50,804 nucleotides of DNA from Clostridiales bacterium (GCA_031271375.1 JAISVU010000175.1:1-50804), one strand, 5' to 3'; numbered from the stretch's first letter, positions 37,315 to 46,550 are shown. Numbers and translations are program-made. The notes: a model not told the origin generated them from the sequence alone.

Positions 37315-37951
37315 ACTCACGAAAAGCCCCCTGCCGGACGGGATTGTGATAAACTCTGCGGACGTTTACAGGTCAGGGATTGCATTTGAAACATTAATCA
37401 ATGACTGCCACCAGAAATGTTACATATGCGAGGATAAGCCCACAAGCATAAATGTGGAGCATATCGTTGCACATAAAAGCGATCCGGCGCTTAAATTTGA
37501 CTGGGATAACTTATTTATCGCCTGCTGGCATTGCAACAATATTAAAAGTACAAAGTACGACGATATAATCAATCCGGTATTGATCAATCCCGAAGAATGT
37601 ATCGCTTTGTCTGTCAGGATATCCGATAATTTTATAGAAGCCGTACAGGTTATACCGTTAAAAACGGATGCCCAAGCCTTGAAAACAGCCGAACTGCTGG
37701 AGATTGTATATAACGGCGGTTCAACCGCGATGAAGAAGGTTGAAAGCGCGAATCTGCGCAACGAGCATTTACTGCCCGATATCAAGCTGTTCCTCAAATA
37801 CATAAGCGATTATATCGATGAACCGGATTTGGGATACGACAGCATTATCAGGCAAGAAATCAGCTGTTCGGCCAAGTTCGCCGCGTTTAAACGCAGAATA
37901 ATCGCCGAAGATACCGAATTGTCAGTAGCATTCGCCGATGCGTTAGCATAG
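37307..37951 (+). CDS. HNH endonuclease (TIGR02646-like), PtuB-like
   Basis: The HNH motif reads CYICEDKPTSINVEHIVAHKS...WDNLFIACWHCNNIKS. ATG 37307 overlaps the ATPase stop (ATGGTTAA). An alternative upstream ATG lies at 37280. Confidence 0.8.
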   Translation: MVKLTKSPLPDGIVINSADVYRSGIAFETLINDCHQKCYICEDKPTSINVEHIVAHKSDPALKFDWDNLFIACWHCNNIKSTKYDDIINPVLINPEECIALSVRISDNFIEAVQVIPLKTDAQALKTAELLEIVYNGGSTAMKKVESANLRNEHLLPDIKLFLKYISDYIDEPDLGYDSIIRQEISCSAKFAAFKRRIIAEDTELSVAFADALA

Positions 37952-38008
37952 AATGCAGACGCGCAATACGCGTCCCTACAGTATATGAAAGTGTGGTTGT
38001 GATGAATA

Positions 38009-39187
38009 ATGACGAAACTCATCGAATCTATAACGGCGAAGGATAAGCGCCTCGCCGTGGGCATTATGTCCGGCACGTCCTTTGACGGTGTCGATGTGGC
38101 GTTTTGCGAGATAACGGGGCATGGGCCGGGGACGAAGGTAAGGCTTCTGCATTTCGACACAAAGGCTTATTCCTCGGCGAACCGGGCGGCCCTTTTGATG
38201 AACAGCTCCGCCGAGACCAGCAATGTCGCCGATATCTGCCGATTGAACAAGCAGCTGGGCGTCCTGATCGGCGGCGCCGTGCTGGAAATAGCCGAATCCG
38301 GCGGGATATCAATGGATGATGTGGATTTTATCGCTTCCCACGGGCAGACGATGTTCCATATGCCCGATATCGGGGCGACGCTGCAAATCGGCGAGCCAGC
38401 CGACATCGCGGCGATAACGAACAAGCCCGTCGTCGCGGATTTCCGGCCTTCGGATATGGCTTACGGCGGCCAGGGCGCGCCGCTTGTGCCCTTTACGGAC
38501 TATATTCTTTACAGGGACGAGAACCTGAACCGCGTGACCTTTAACATCGGCGGCATCGGCAATGTGACGATTTTGCCTAAGGGCTGCGATATGGACGCGG
38601 TCAGGGCCTTCGACACCGGCCCCGGCAACGTCAACATAGACAATCTTATGCGGCTGCACACAAAGGGCGAGGAAAACTTTGACTATAACGGCAACATGGC
38701 GTCAACGGGCAAGCAGAACATGGAATTCTGCGAATACCTTGCGGACGCCGACCCGTTCCTTACGATAAGGCCGCCAAAGAGCACCGGAAGAGAGTTTTAC
38801 ACGATCTCATTCGCGGAAAAGCTCCTGCGCAGAGCTCAGGAGTTCGGCATACCGTTCCCCGATGTGCTGGCTTCCGTAACCAACCACACGGCCTACGCAT
38901 TATGGTACGCGTTGACATATTTCAACAATACCCCCGTAGACGAGATCCTTGTCACCGGCGGCGGGGCGCGGAACAAGTACCTGATGGGCTGTATTGAAGC
39001 CCTGTTCCCCGGCAAAGTAAAGAAGCTGGACAACTTTAAAACGTCGGACGCTAAGGAAGCCGTAGCCTTCGCTATACTGGGCAATGAGTTCCTCCACGGC
39101 GGAGCGAATAACATGCCCCTCTCCACCGGAGCCAAAAGGGCGGTAATCATGGGCAAGCTGACGCTGCCCTCGGGAGGAACGGTATGA
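38009..39187 (+). CDS. anmK: Anhydro-N-acetylmuramic acid kinase
   Basis: It has the motifs GIMSGTSFDGVDVA, SHGQT, RPSDMAYGGQGAPLVP and VTGGGARN. Confidence 0.9.
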   Translation: MTKLIESITAKDKRLAVGIMSGTSFDGVDVAFCEITGHGPGTKVRLLHFDTKAYSSANRAALLMNSSAETSNVADICRLNKQLGVLIGGAVLEIAESGGISMDDVDFIASHGQTMFHMPDIGATLQIGEPADIAAITNKPVVADFRPSDMAYGGQGAPLVPFTDYILYRDENLNRVTFNIGGIGNVTILPKGCDMDAVRAFDTGPGNVNIDNLMRLHTKGEENFDYNGNMASTGKQNMEFCEYLADADPFLTIRPPKSTGREFYTISFAEKLLRRAQEFGIPFPDVLASVTNHTAYALWYALTYFNNTPVDEILVTGGGARNKYLMGCIEALFPGKVKKLDNFKTSDAKEAVAFAILGNEFLHGGANNMPLSTGAKRAVIMGKLTLPSGGTV

Positions 39188-39888
39188 AGCTCATTAACGG
39201 AATAATCGGCGCTGCCGGCGGGCTGGCTTTGGTGGTTTTCCTGCTGCTGCAGTCCGTGCAAATCCCGGCTCTTGGGCTGTGGTTCTACAGGCAGGAATTC
39301 GATAAGAACGGCACATACGCGGCAATGGGCATGGAAGAAAACGCGTTGGACGCCGTGGCCCGGGGGATGATCAACTACCTGAACGGCAGCGACGAGACTT
39401 TATCCGATGATGTGGCCGTTGTACGCGGTACGGAACGCCTCTTCTTCAATGAAAAAGAGATAAGCCATATGATAGATGTCGAGCTTCTCTTCGCCTGGGG
39501 CCTTACGATAAAGAATATAGCTTTGTTCGCGCTGCTGGCTTCGCTGGTTTATTTTATTCTTACGCATTTATTGTTAAAATCCTGCTCTCTGCGAACGATG
39601 TTCGGGTGGTGGCGCGGCTTTTCGGCTGGGACGCTGGCGCTGCTCGCTGCCCTCGGCATCATTATCGCGCTTAACTTTCAGCGGGCGTTCACGATATTTC
39701 ACGAGATTTTCTTCAACAATGACCTATGGCTCCTTAACCCCAGGACGGACCTCTTGATAAATATGCTGCCTAACCAGTTCTTCCAGGACATCGCGGTGTT
39801 CATCGGCGGCTGCTTCCTCGCGGGGCTGGTGTTGGTAATAATACTCAGTTCAGTGCTGCGCGGAGTATTTAAGCGTAATGGACGATAA
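39184..39888 (+). CDS. Integral membrane protein (TIGR01906/DUF1461-like)
   Basis: It has four predicted TM helices and a FFNEKEISHMIDVELLF motif resembling that family. The family assignment comes from memory of the motif only. Confidence 0.45.
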   Translation: MKLINGIIGAAGGLALVVFLLLQSVQIPALGLWFYRQEFDKNGTYAAMGMEENALDAVARGMINYLNGSDETLSDDVAVVRGTERLFFNEKEISHMIDVELLFAWGLTIKNIALFALLASLVYFILTHLLLKSCSLRTMFGWWRGFSAGTLALLAALGIIIALNFQRAFTIFHEIFFNNDLWLLNPRTDLLINMLPNQFFQDIAVFIGGCFLAGLVLVIILSSVLRGVFKRNGR

Positions 39889-41509
39889 AAAGCAGGGGAG
39901 CCAGTTCGTCAAGCAGGCAATGATACTTGCGCTGGCTTCCTTCCTTTCGCGGCTGCTGGGTTTTATCTACCGGATGCCGCTGACGAACAAAATAGGGGAC
40001 GAGGGCAACGCCTATTACGGCAAGGCCTATACCGTCTATACGTTTATCCTTATTTTTTCCTCCGCCGGCCTGCCTTCGGCTATCTCAAAGCTGGTGAGCG
40101 AGCGGATAAGCCTGGGGCGCAGGGATGAGGCCCACCGGGTGTTTAAAGCGGCTCTTGCCGTCTCGGCCGCGTTCGGCGCGGTGTGCATGGCCGCCCTGTT
40201 CTTTGGGGCAAGGGCCTTTTCGGTTTTTATGGACAGCCCAAACAGTTACTATTCCCTGCTGGCTTTGGCACCCACGGTCTTTATCGTGGCTGTTATGTCG
40301 GCCTTTAGGGGATATTTTCAAGGGCTCGGAACCTCGGTGCCCACGTCGGTTTCCCAGGTGGTGGAACAGGGGTTCAACGCTGTCTTCAGCATCGTCCTCG
40401 CATCGCTGTTTATGGATATGGTATCCGAAAACCCCATAGCCCTGGGAGCGGCGGGCGGCAGCGCAGGGACGGGCGTCGGCGCCGTGTTCGGCATCTTCAC
40501 GGTTGTCGCCTTCTACTTCATGCAAAAGCGAGAGATTGATTACGCTGTGAACCGCTCCCGCCAGGCCAATATACGCAAGGCCCGAGCCGGTTTCGGAAGC
40601 CTCGCGGCGGAAATACTCAAAACCTCGATGCCCATTATCGCAGGTACGGCCGTCCTGACGATAACCAACCTGATAGACAGCTCGATGATGACGGACAGGC
40701 TCTTGGCCGGAGGATTAAGCATTGAGCGGGCGGACGAGTTGTTTGGGCAGCTCACCGGTAAATACTCCACAATAATCACGCTGCCGCTATCCATCAGCGC
40801 GGTCTTCGCCACGGCGTCTATGCCCAGCATATCGTCGTCGAATGTATTGATGAACGCCCGGGCCGTCGAGTATAAGATAAACACCGCGCTGAGACTGACG
40901 ATGATGATCTGCGTGCCCGCCGCGGCGGGGCTCGCTATCTTGGGGGATCCGATTGTCCGGCTCCTGTTCCGGGACTACCCGGAGGGCGGCATACTGATAC
41001 AGATAGGCGCGGTAAACATTATATTTATGGCGCTTAACCAGATACTTACCGGGCCGCTGCAGGCGACCGGGAATGTTGTGATCCCCATTATAGCGGCGGG
41101 GGCAGGCGCGGCGGTTAAGATTATTTCCAACTTCATCCTGGTGCCAATCCCGGAAATCAATATCATTGGCGCGGTTATCAGCACGCTGCTGTGCTATGTC
41201 ACGGCTTCGGCGATAAACTGGCGTATGTTGAAGATACGCACCGGGGCGAGGCTCAATTTCCGCTCGCTTATGTTAAAGCCGTTGTTCAGCTCGGTGATCA
41301 TGGGCGCGGTGTGTTTTATCGTATATAACTGCACCCTGATAGCGGGGGCAGGCAACGGCCTCGCTGCCGTCGCGGCTATCGGGATGGGTTTCGTCGTGTA
41401 CCTGATGCTGATGTTCATCTCCGGCGGCATAACCGCAGACGACGTGCGGCTGATGCCGTTCGGCGCGCGGGCCGCCGAATTCCTTCGAAGGAACGGGTTT
41501 GTTAGGTAA
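39878..41509 (+). CDS. MOP-superfamily flippase (polysaccharide biosynthesis protein / SpoVB-MurJ-like)
   Basis: It is a 543-aa polytopic protein with about 14 TM helices. The N-terminus FVKQAMILALASFLSRLLGFIYRMPLTN is typical of this family. Confidence 0.75.
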   Translation: MDDKKQGSQFVKQAMILALASFLSRLLGFIYRMPLTNKIGDEGNAYYGKAYTVYTFILIFSSAGLPSAISKLVSERISLGRRDEAHRVFKAALAVSAAFGAVCMAALFFGARAFSVFMDSPNSYYSLLALAPTVFIVAVMSAFRGYFQGLGTSVPTSVSQVVEQGFNAVFSIVLASLFMDMVSENPIALGAAGGSAGTGVGAVFGIFTVVAFYFMQKREIDYAVNRSRQANIRKARAGFGSLAAEILKTSMPIIAGTAVLTITNLIDSSMMTDRLLAGGLSIERADELFGQLTGKYSTIITLPLSISAVFATASMPSISSSNVLMNARAVEYKINTALRLTMMICVPAAAGLAILGDPIVRLLFRDYPEGGILIQIGAVNIIFMALNQILTGPLQATGNVVIPIIAAGAGAAVKIISNFILVPIPEINIIGAVISTLLCYVTASAINWRMLKIRTGARLNFRSLMLKPLFSSVIMGAVCFIVYNCTLIAGAGNGLAAVAAIGMGFVVYLMLMFISGGITADDVRLMPFGARAAEFLRRNGFVR

Positions 41510-41532
41510 CAGATTAAACCGGGAGATATAGT

Positions 41533-42258
41533 ATGGATAACGCGAAGATAACCCAGCTCACCGAGATAATAAAAGCCGGAAACGCCGTATTCCTGGGCGG
41601 GGCTGGCGTGTCCACCGAGAGCGGCATACCCGATTTTCGCGGCACATACGGGTTATATCAGGGAAAGTACGAGTACCCCGCCGAGGAGATACTGTCCATT
41701 GACTTCCTTGAGGACAACCCGGAATATTTCTATGAATTCTACAAAAAGAACATCATTCACACCGAAGCCAAACCCAACGCCGCGCATATCAAGCTGGCGG
41801 AGCTTGAGGCCGCAGGGCTTCTTACGGCGGTCATAACCCAGAACATCGACGGCCTCCATCAAATGGCGGGGTCGAAGAATGTCGTCGAAATGCACGGCAC
41901 AATACATAAGAATTACTGTATAGAGTGTGAGAAGGGCTACCCGCTTGAGGCGGTAACGGAAGCCGCCGGGATACCGCGCTGCCCCTGCGGCGGGATTATA
42001 CGCCCCGAAGTGACGTTATACGGCGAATCCCTTGACATTGACGCGATAACATCGGCTGTTGACTATATCTCCGCGGCGGACACGCTGATAATAGGAGGCA
42101 CAAGCCTCATCGTGTACCCGGTGGCAGGGCTTCCTGGTTATTTTAAGGGGCGTAATCTGGTCATCATCAACAAATCAAGAACGCCGCTGGAAGGCAGAGC
42201 GAAACTGGTGATAAGTGCGAGTATCGGGGAGACGCTGGACTTGGTTAGGGTTTCATAG
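41533..42258 (+). CDS. cobB: NAD-dependent protein deacylase (Sir2/CobB family)
   Basis: It has the motifs GAGVSTESGIPDFRG, TQNIDGLH and catalytic HG, plus a Zn ribbon CIEC...CPCGG. Confidence 0.9.
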   Translation: MDNAKITQLTEIIKAGNAVFLGGAGVSTESGIPDFRGTYGLYQGKYEYPAEEILSIDFLEDNPEYFYEFYKKNIIHTEAKPNAAHIKLAELEAAGLLTAVITQNIDGLHQMAGSKNVVEMHGTIHKNYCIECEKGYPLEAVTEAAGIPRCPCGGIIRPEVTLYGESLDIDAITSAVDYISAADTLIIGGTSLIVYPVAGLPGYFKGRNLVIINKSRTPLEGRAKLVISASIGETLDLVRVS

Positions 42259-42270
42259 GGAGACGATAAA

Positions 42271-43782
42271 ATGGACGCTAAGATAATAAGGTTTGAGAAG
42301 CCGGAAGCGCCGATAAGGAAAAGGCGCAAATACAACGACGGCGGAATACTGTACGGAATCGCGCTGGCGCTATTGTTACTGTACCTCGGGGGATACCTGT
42401 ACACGTTTTTCACGCGGGAAAAGGTGCCGGAGACCGTTGTGGTTTACGGCAGCATAGAGCCGGTGATGGTGTTCAACGGGGTTATCGTCCGGGACGAGAC
42501 GGTGTACCGCAGCGCGGCGGAGGGCCTTCCGGTGTATTATAAAAACGACTTGGACAAGGTTCCCGCCGGAGCGGTGGCTTGCAGCATTCAAGACGAGGAA
42601 GCGGTAAAAAAACTGATGGCCGATATAACGAGCCTTGAGAAGAATATACTCAGCGCACAGGAAGAACGGGCGCAGAGCCAGGCCGTGGGCAGCCAGATTA
42701 AAGAGCTTACCGACCGGATACGGCGCACGGCAGACAACGCCGCGCTGTCCATCAACGCGCTGAATACCCAGGCGCTCTATGAAGCGGCGATACAGACAGA
42801 ACAGCTGCTGAACCACAGGAACCAGATATTGATCAATGAGAGCCGGGGAAGCGTCAAGAGCATGTCGCAAGGGCTCAGTATCTACCTTTCGCAGATGGAG
42901 GGCGTCGTCAGCGAGATGCCCATTGGCCGCAGCGGGATAATCAGCTACAGAACCGACGGATACGAGGAACAGCTGACCCCGTCGCGGATAAAGGTTCTAA
43001 GCCCCGAGGAAACGATGATAGACGCGGACTTGGATGCGATATACGCGGAATCATATGTTCAAGCGGGCGACCCGGTGTTTAAAATAATCAACTCCAATGA
43101 CTGGTACATCGCCTCCTACCTGCCGGCGGCACAGACGGAGGGATGGCAGATGAATGATCTGCGTAACATTTATGTCGACGACGGCAGCGGCAGCTTCAAG
43201 CAGCTGGAGACAAGGATCGACAGCATTGATTCAATCGGCGAGATACGCTATGTGGTATTCCATATAGATAAACGCGTAACGGATTACCTGGACCGGCGCG
43301 GCGTCAGCTTTAAGATAAAGGAAGGTCTTGGGGAAGGCCTGAAGATACCCAATTCGGCGATAATAGAAAAGACATTGGTTAAAATCCCCAAAGAATGCGC
43401 TGTGGAAACCGATGAAGGCAGGCATGTGCTGCGTTATAACATGGGAACGGGTATTTATGATAAGATGGGTATTGTACCCTTTGCCTCCGATAATGTGTAT
43501 TACAGCGTTATCTGGTACGCGGACGGCATCCGCCCGGGAGACATATTGGCTATACCCGCCAGGCTGGGCGAAACATACACCGCAGACCAGACAGAGATAA
43601 TAAGCGGCGTGTATGTTACCAATACGGGCGCCGCCGTATTCAAGCGGATATATACATCCGGCGGCGCCTTTGAGAATATCTCCTATACCATTGTAGACCC
43701 TGCGGACAACCCCAATGTAAAGGTTAAGGACCGGATAGTGTCCGACGCGAGTACCGTGGAGGACAGGCAGATGATATATTAA
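42271..43782 (+). CDS. Membrane-anchored HlyD-like (membrane-fusion-fold) protein of unknown function
   Basis: It has an N-terminal TM helix, ILYGIALALLLLYLGGYLYTFF, then a beta-strand/coiled-coil/beta architecture. No adjacent transporter is present. Confidence 0.4.
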   Translation: MDAKIIRFEKPEAPIRKRRKYNDGGILYGIALALLLLYLGGYLYTFFTREKVPETVVVYGSIEPVMVFNGVIVRDETVYRSAAEGLPVYYKNDLDKVPAGAVACSIQDEEAVKKLMADITSLEKNILSAQEERAQSQAVGSQIKELTDRIRRTADNAALSINALNTQALYEAAIQTEQLLNHRNQILINESRGSVKSMSQGLSIYLSQMEGVVSEMPIGRSGIISYRTDGYEEQLTPSRIKVLSPEETMIDADLDAIYAESYVQAGDPVFKIINSNDWYIASYLPAAQTEGWQMNDLRNIYVDDGSGSFKQLETRIDSIDSIGEIRYVVFHIDKRVTDYLDRRGVSFKIKEGLGEGLKIPNSAIIEKTLVKIPKECAVETDEGRHVLRYNMGTGIYDKMGIVPFASDNVYYSVIWYADGIRPGDILAIPARLGETYTADQTEIISGVYVTNTGAAVFKRIYTSGGAFENISYTIVDPADNPNVKVKDRIVSDASTVEDRQMIY

Positions 43783-43785
43783 GCA

Positions 43786-43844
43786 GCTTGAGCAGTAAAA
43801 AGACTCAGTGCGTTTACGCACTGAAGACTTTTACTAGCTCAAGC
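43786..43844. repeat. Long imperfect palindrome (about 59 nt) directly after the HlyD-like gene
   Basis: The structure is GCTTGAGC..AGTAAAA..TCAGTGCG-ttta-CGCACTGA..TTTTACT..GCTCAAGC. No U-tract follows. Confidence 0.5.
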
Positions 43845-43983
43845 CCCACATACGACTTCCGCCTAAACAAGGCATTTATGCCTTGCAAATCCGAAGGATG
43901 AGTGCAAGCGAAGCGCCGCGCATCGAGTTTCACGAAGTGAAACTTTTAGGCGAGAAGGAGTATAGAGCCGGAGGAAACAGGCT

Positions 43984-45840
43984 ATGCGGTTTGATTTTGC
44001 CGATCGGCTGGTCGGCAATATAACGGAGTTTAGAAAGAGGGAAAACGAATCGATCCGACGCGGGTTCGATAAGGATACTCTCACCTCTCACCTGAAAGAA
44101 CGGGCCGAGAGGAACGCCGTTATAATGAGGGACACAAACGCCATAATAGACGAACGCTTAATTCCTCTCCTGCGGGATGTGGAAAGCCTTTCCGCTGGGG
44201 ACATAGACCGGCTCTTTGAGCTGTCTCAAAAGCTCTACACCATAACAATTAGGCTTGACATGGGTCTCGCGCTGGAAATCCATAAGGCCGCAATAATATG
44301 GGCGAAAACGCATAATGATACGGACCGGCTGATACGCCATTTATACTGGGCGGGCCTTGCCTCTATGCAAATAGACCCTAAAAGCCTATGCGAGCTATCT
44401 TTTGGGTTTTTTACTGAAGGAGCGGCTTATAAAGACCAATACATGAGTATCACGAATAAAGAAACCCGCTCATACATAAACCGCTGTCTTGGCAATACCT
44501 ATGTTTCCATTTCCGGCTTGGGCAATAAGGACCCGTTCGGGATAATGACGCCGTTTTTCGCTTGTGTAGACGCGGCGCTGGTATTTTGGAGCAACAGTGA
44601 TGTACAGGCTATGGATTTGGATTTTCCCTGGGACGGATTTTTTAGGAACGCCAGGCAAAATGTATGCAACTGGGTTGATATTTTGAGAAGGTATCGTTGG
44701 GCTGATGTTTCCATCGCGCAGCGCATATACGAAAATGCCCAGGCGTTAGGAAAAACCGGCCCCGTGTCCATTTACTGGGAAAAGAACCGTTACGAGTATT
44801 TGAGGCTTACCAGCAGCTTCCATGTAAACAAGCTCTCCTACCCCGCTTTGATGGACGGCCTTAAAACGCTTTTCTACTCAATCGGCGACAGCGACCTCTC
44901 CAATAATGGGTTGTATACTGTAATCCATATATCCTCAGTCTTATTGGAGTACATGGAGAACTTTTCACACATGTCCTGGGAGATTTATGAAGCCGAGCAG
45001 AAGGTTATTCTGGAACGGGTTTTGGGTTATTTGAAGAAGGTTATTAGCAGGACAGACCGCCAACGCTTAAATAATATGCTCGGTTTCTTTACCCTGTCCA
45101 TGAGAACGACCAAATACTCAGATCAATATCTCGATATTGTACTGCGTTTTACCTCATTCAGCCATCCTTCCACATATGTCCACTCGCTGCAGGTTAAGAA
45201 CATTACAATGCACCTCACCGATTACTTTATTGAACATGAGCCGGGTGTCTTTATTGGCTACTGCGGGGCGAAGGACGCTGACGAAGTCCGCAAAAAGAGA
45301 GAAGAGATACGGAACCTCACCGGCAGGGCGGGGTTATGCCATGATATAGGCAAGATTACATACGCGAATACAGTATCATTATGCTCACGGCGGTTGCATG
45401 ATTACGAGTTTAACTTAATCAAGGAGCATGTAAGTATCGGTTTTGAACTTCAACCCGGCAGCGAAAGCATTGAATGTGTAAAAGCCGCGATATTGGGGCA
45501 TCATCGCTGGTATGACGGGTCAAAGGGCTACCCCGAGGGTTACGATGCCGGCGCGTCGAAATACGCATTTACCGCTTATATGGTTTCGGCCGCGGATTCC
45601 ATTGACGCCGCAACGGACACCATAGGCCGCAGCTACGCCCCGGGTCTCACGCTGGAACAGATCATAAAAGAGATTAAAGACGGAGCCGGTACCCGCTACG
45701 CCCCGGCGATAGCCCAAGCGTTAAACGATGATATATTGCTGGCAAAATTGCGTATTTGTATAACCGACGACCGTAAGAATTCCTATTTTGAGGTTTATAA
45801 TGAATTGGGAGTCATAGAAAAGCAAGAGGAGCAGCCATAA
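43984..45840 (+). CDS. HD-GYP domain phosphohydrolase with ~400-aa uncharacterised N-terminal region
   Basis: The C-terminus contains GLCHDIGKI and GHHRWYDGSKGYPEG, an HD...HHxxxDGxGYP pattern. Confidence 0.75.
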   Translation: MRFDFADRLVGNITEFRKRENESIRRGFDKDTLTSHLKERAERNAVIMRDTNAIIDERLIPLLRDVESLSAGDIDRLFELSQKLYTITIRLDMGLALEIHKAAIIWAKTHNDTDRLIRHLYWAGLASMQIDPKSLCELSFGFFTEGAAYKDQYMSITNKETRSYINRCLGNTYVSISGLGNKDPFGIMTPFFACVDAALVFWSNSDVQAMDLDFPWDGFFRNARQNVCNWVDILRRYRWADVSIAQRIYENAQALGKTGPVSIYWEKNRYEYLRLTSSFHVNKLSYPALMDGLKTLFYSIGDSDLSNNGLYTVIHISSVLLEYMENFSHMSWEIYEAEQKVILERVLGYLKKVISRTDRQRLNNMLGFFTLSMRTTKYSDQYLDIVLRFTSFSHPSTYVHSLQVKNITMHLTDYFIEHEPGVFIGYCGAKDADEVRKKREEIRNLTGRAGLCHDIGKITYANTVSLCSRRLHDYEFNLIKEHVSIGFELQPGSESIECVKAAILGHHRWYDGSKGYPEGYDAGASKYAFTAYMVSAADSIDAATDTIGRSYAPGLTLEQIIKEIKDGAGTRYAPAIAQALNDDILLAKLRICITDDRKNSYFEVYNELGVIEKQEEQP

Positions 45841-46550
45841 TGTCAACTATTGAAGATAATGTGCGCAATGTGTTAGGCAGGGCAGAAGCCGCAGCGAAGC
45901 GCGCGGGCAGGGATTTTAAAGATATAACCGTCGTCGGTGTTACGAAAACCCAGGACGCGGAAGCTGTAATAGCGATGGCAAGGGCCGGGATCAATAACGC
46001 GGGCGAAAACCGCGTTCAGGAATTTCTGCCCAAAAGGGAAGCCGTTGCCGCGGCAGATGCCGGGTTTGATATCAGATGGCATATGATCGGGCATCTGCAG
46101 ACAAACAAGGTAAAGCAAGTGCTTGGAAAGGCCGCGCTGATACATTCCGTTGACAGTTTTAGGCTTGCGGAAGAAATAAACCGCCTGGGCGGGGCCGATG
46201 TGCTGATAGAAGTTAATATTGCTGAAGAGGCGGGCAAGTTCGGAATCAAACCTGACGACGCGCTATATTTCGTCGAAAAACTGGTTGATTTACCGAAATT
46301 AAACCTAAGAGGATTGATGTGCGTTGCTCCATATGTCGAAAATCCAGAGGAAAATCGTATATATTTTCGAAAAATGAAGAATATTTTACTTGACATTAAT
46401 AAAAAAAGGCTTCATAATGTTGCTATGGAAATTTTATCTATGGGTATGACTGCGGATTACGAGGTCGCCATAGAAGAAGGGGCTACTGTCGTGCGTGTCG
46501 GAACCGGGATTTTTGGAGAACGGCAGCAGGCACTTATAAGCCGCAGGTAA
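45840..46550 (+). CDS. yggS: YggS/YlmE family pyridoxal-phosphate homeostasis protein
   Basis: It has the motifs VGVTKT (PLP lysine), HMIGHLQTNKVK and LSMGMTADYEVAIEEGATVVRVGTGIFG. Confidence 0.9.
   Translation: MSTIEDNVRNVLGRAEAAAKRAGRDFKDITVVGVTKTQDAEAVIAMARAGINNAGENRVQEFLPKREAVAAADAGFDIRWHMIGHLQTNKVKQVLGKAALIHSVDSFRLAEEINRLGGADVLIEVNIAEEAGKFGIKPDDALYFVEKLVDLPKLNLRGLMCVAPYVENPEENRIYFRKMKNILLDINKKRLHNVAMEILSMGMTADYEVAIEEGATVVRVGTGIFGERQQALISRR

Noticed and set aside
41533-42258. The Sir2-family gene as a defence-type SIR2 NADase (Thoeris ThsA / DSR-like)
   Set aside because: The 241-aa protein has the full housekeeping CobB/sirtuin motif set (GAGxS..GIPDFRG, QNIDxLH, HG, Zn ribbon), backbone GC content, no extra sensor domain and no defence neighbours.
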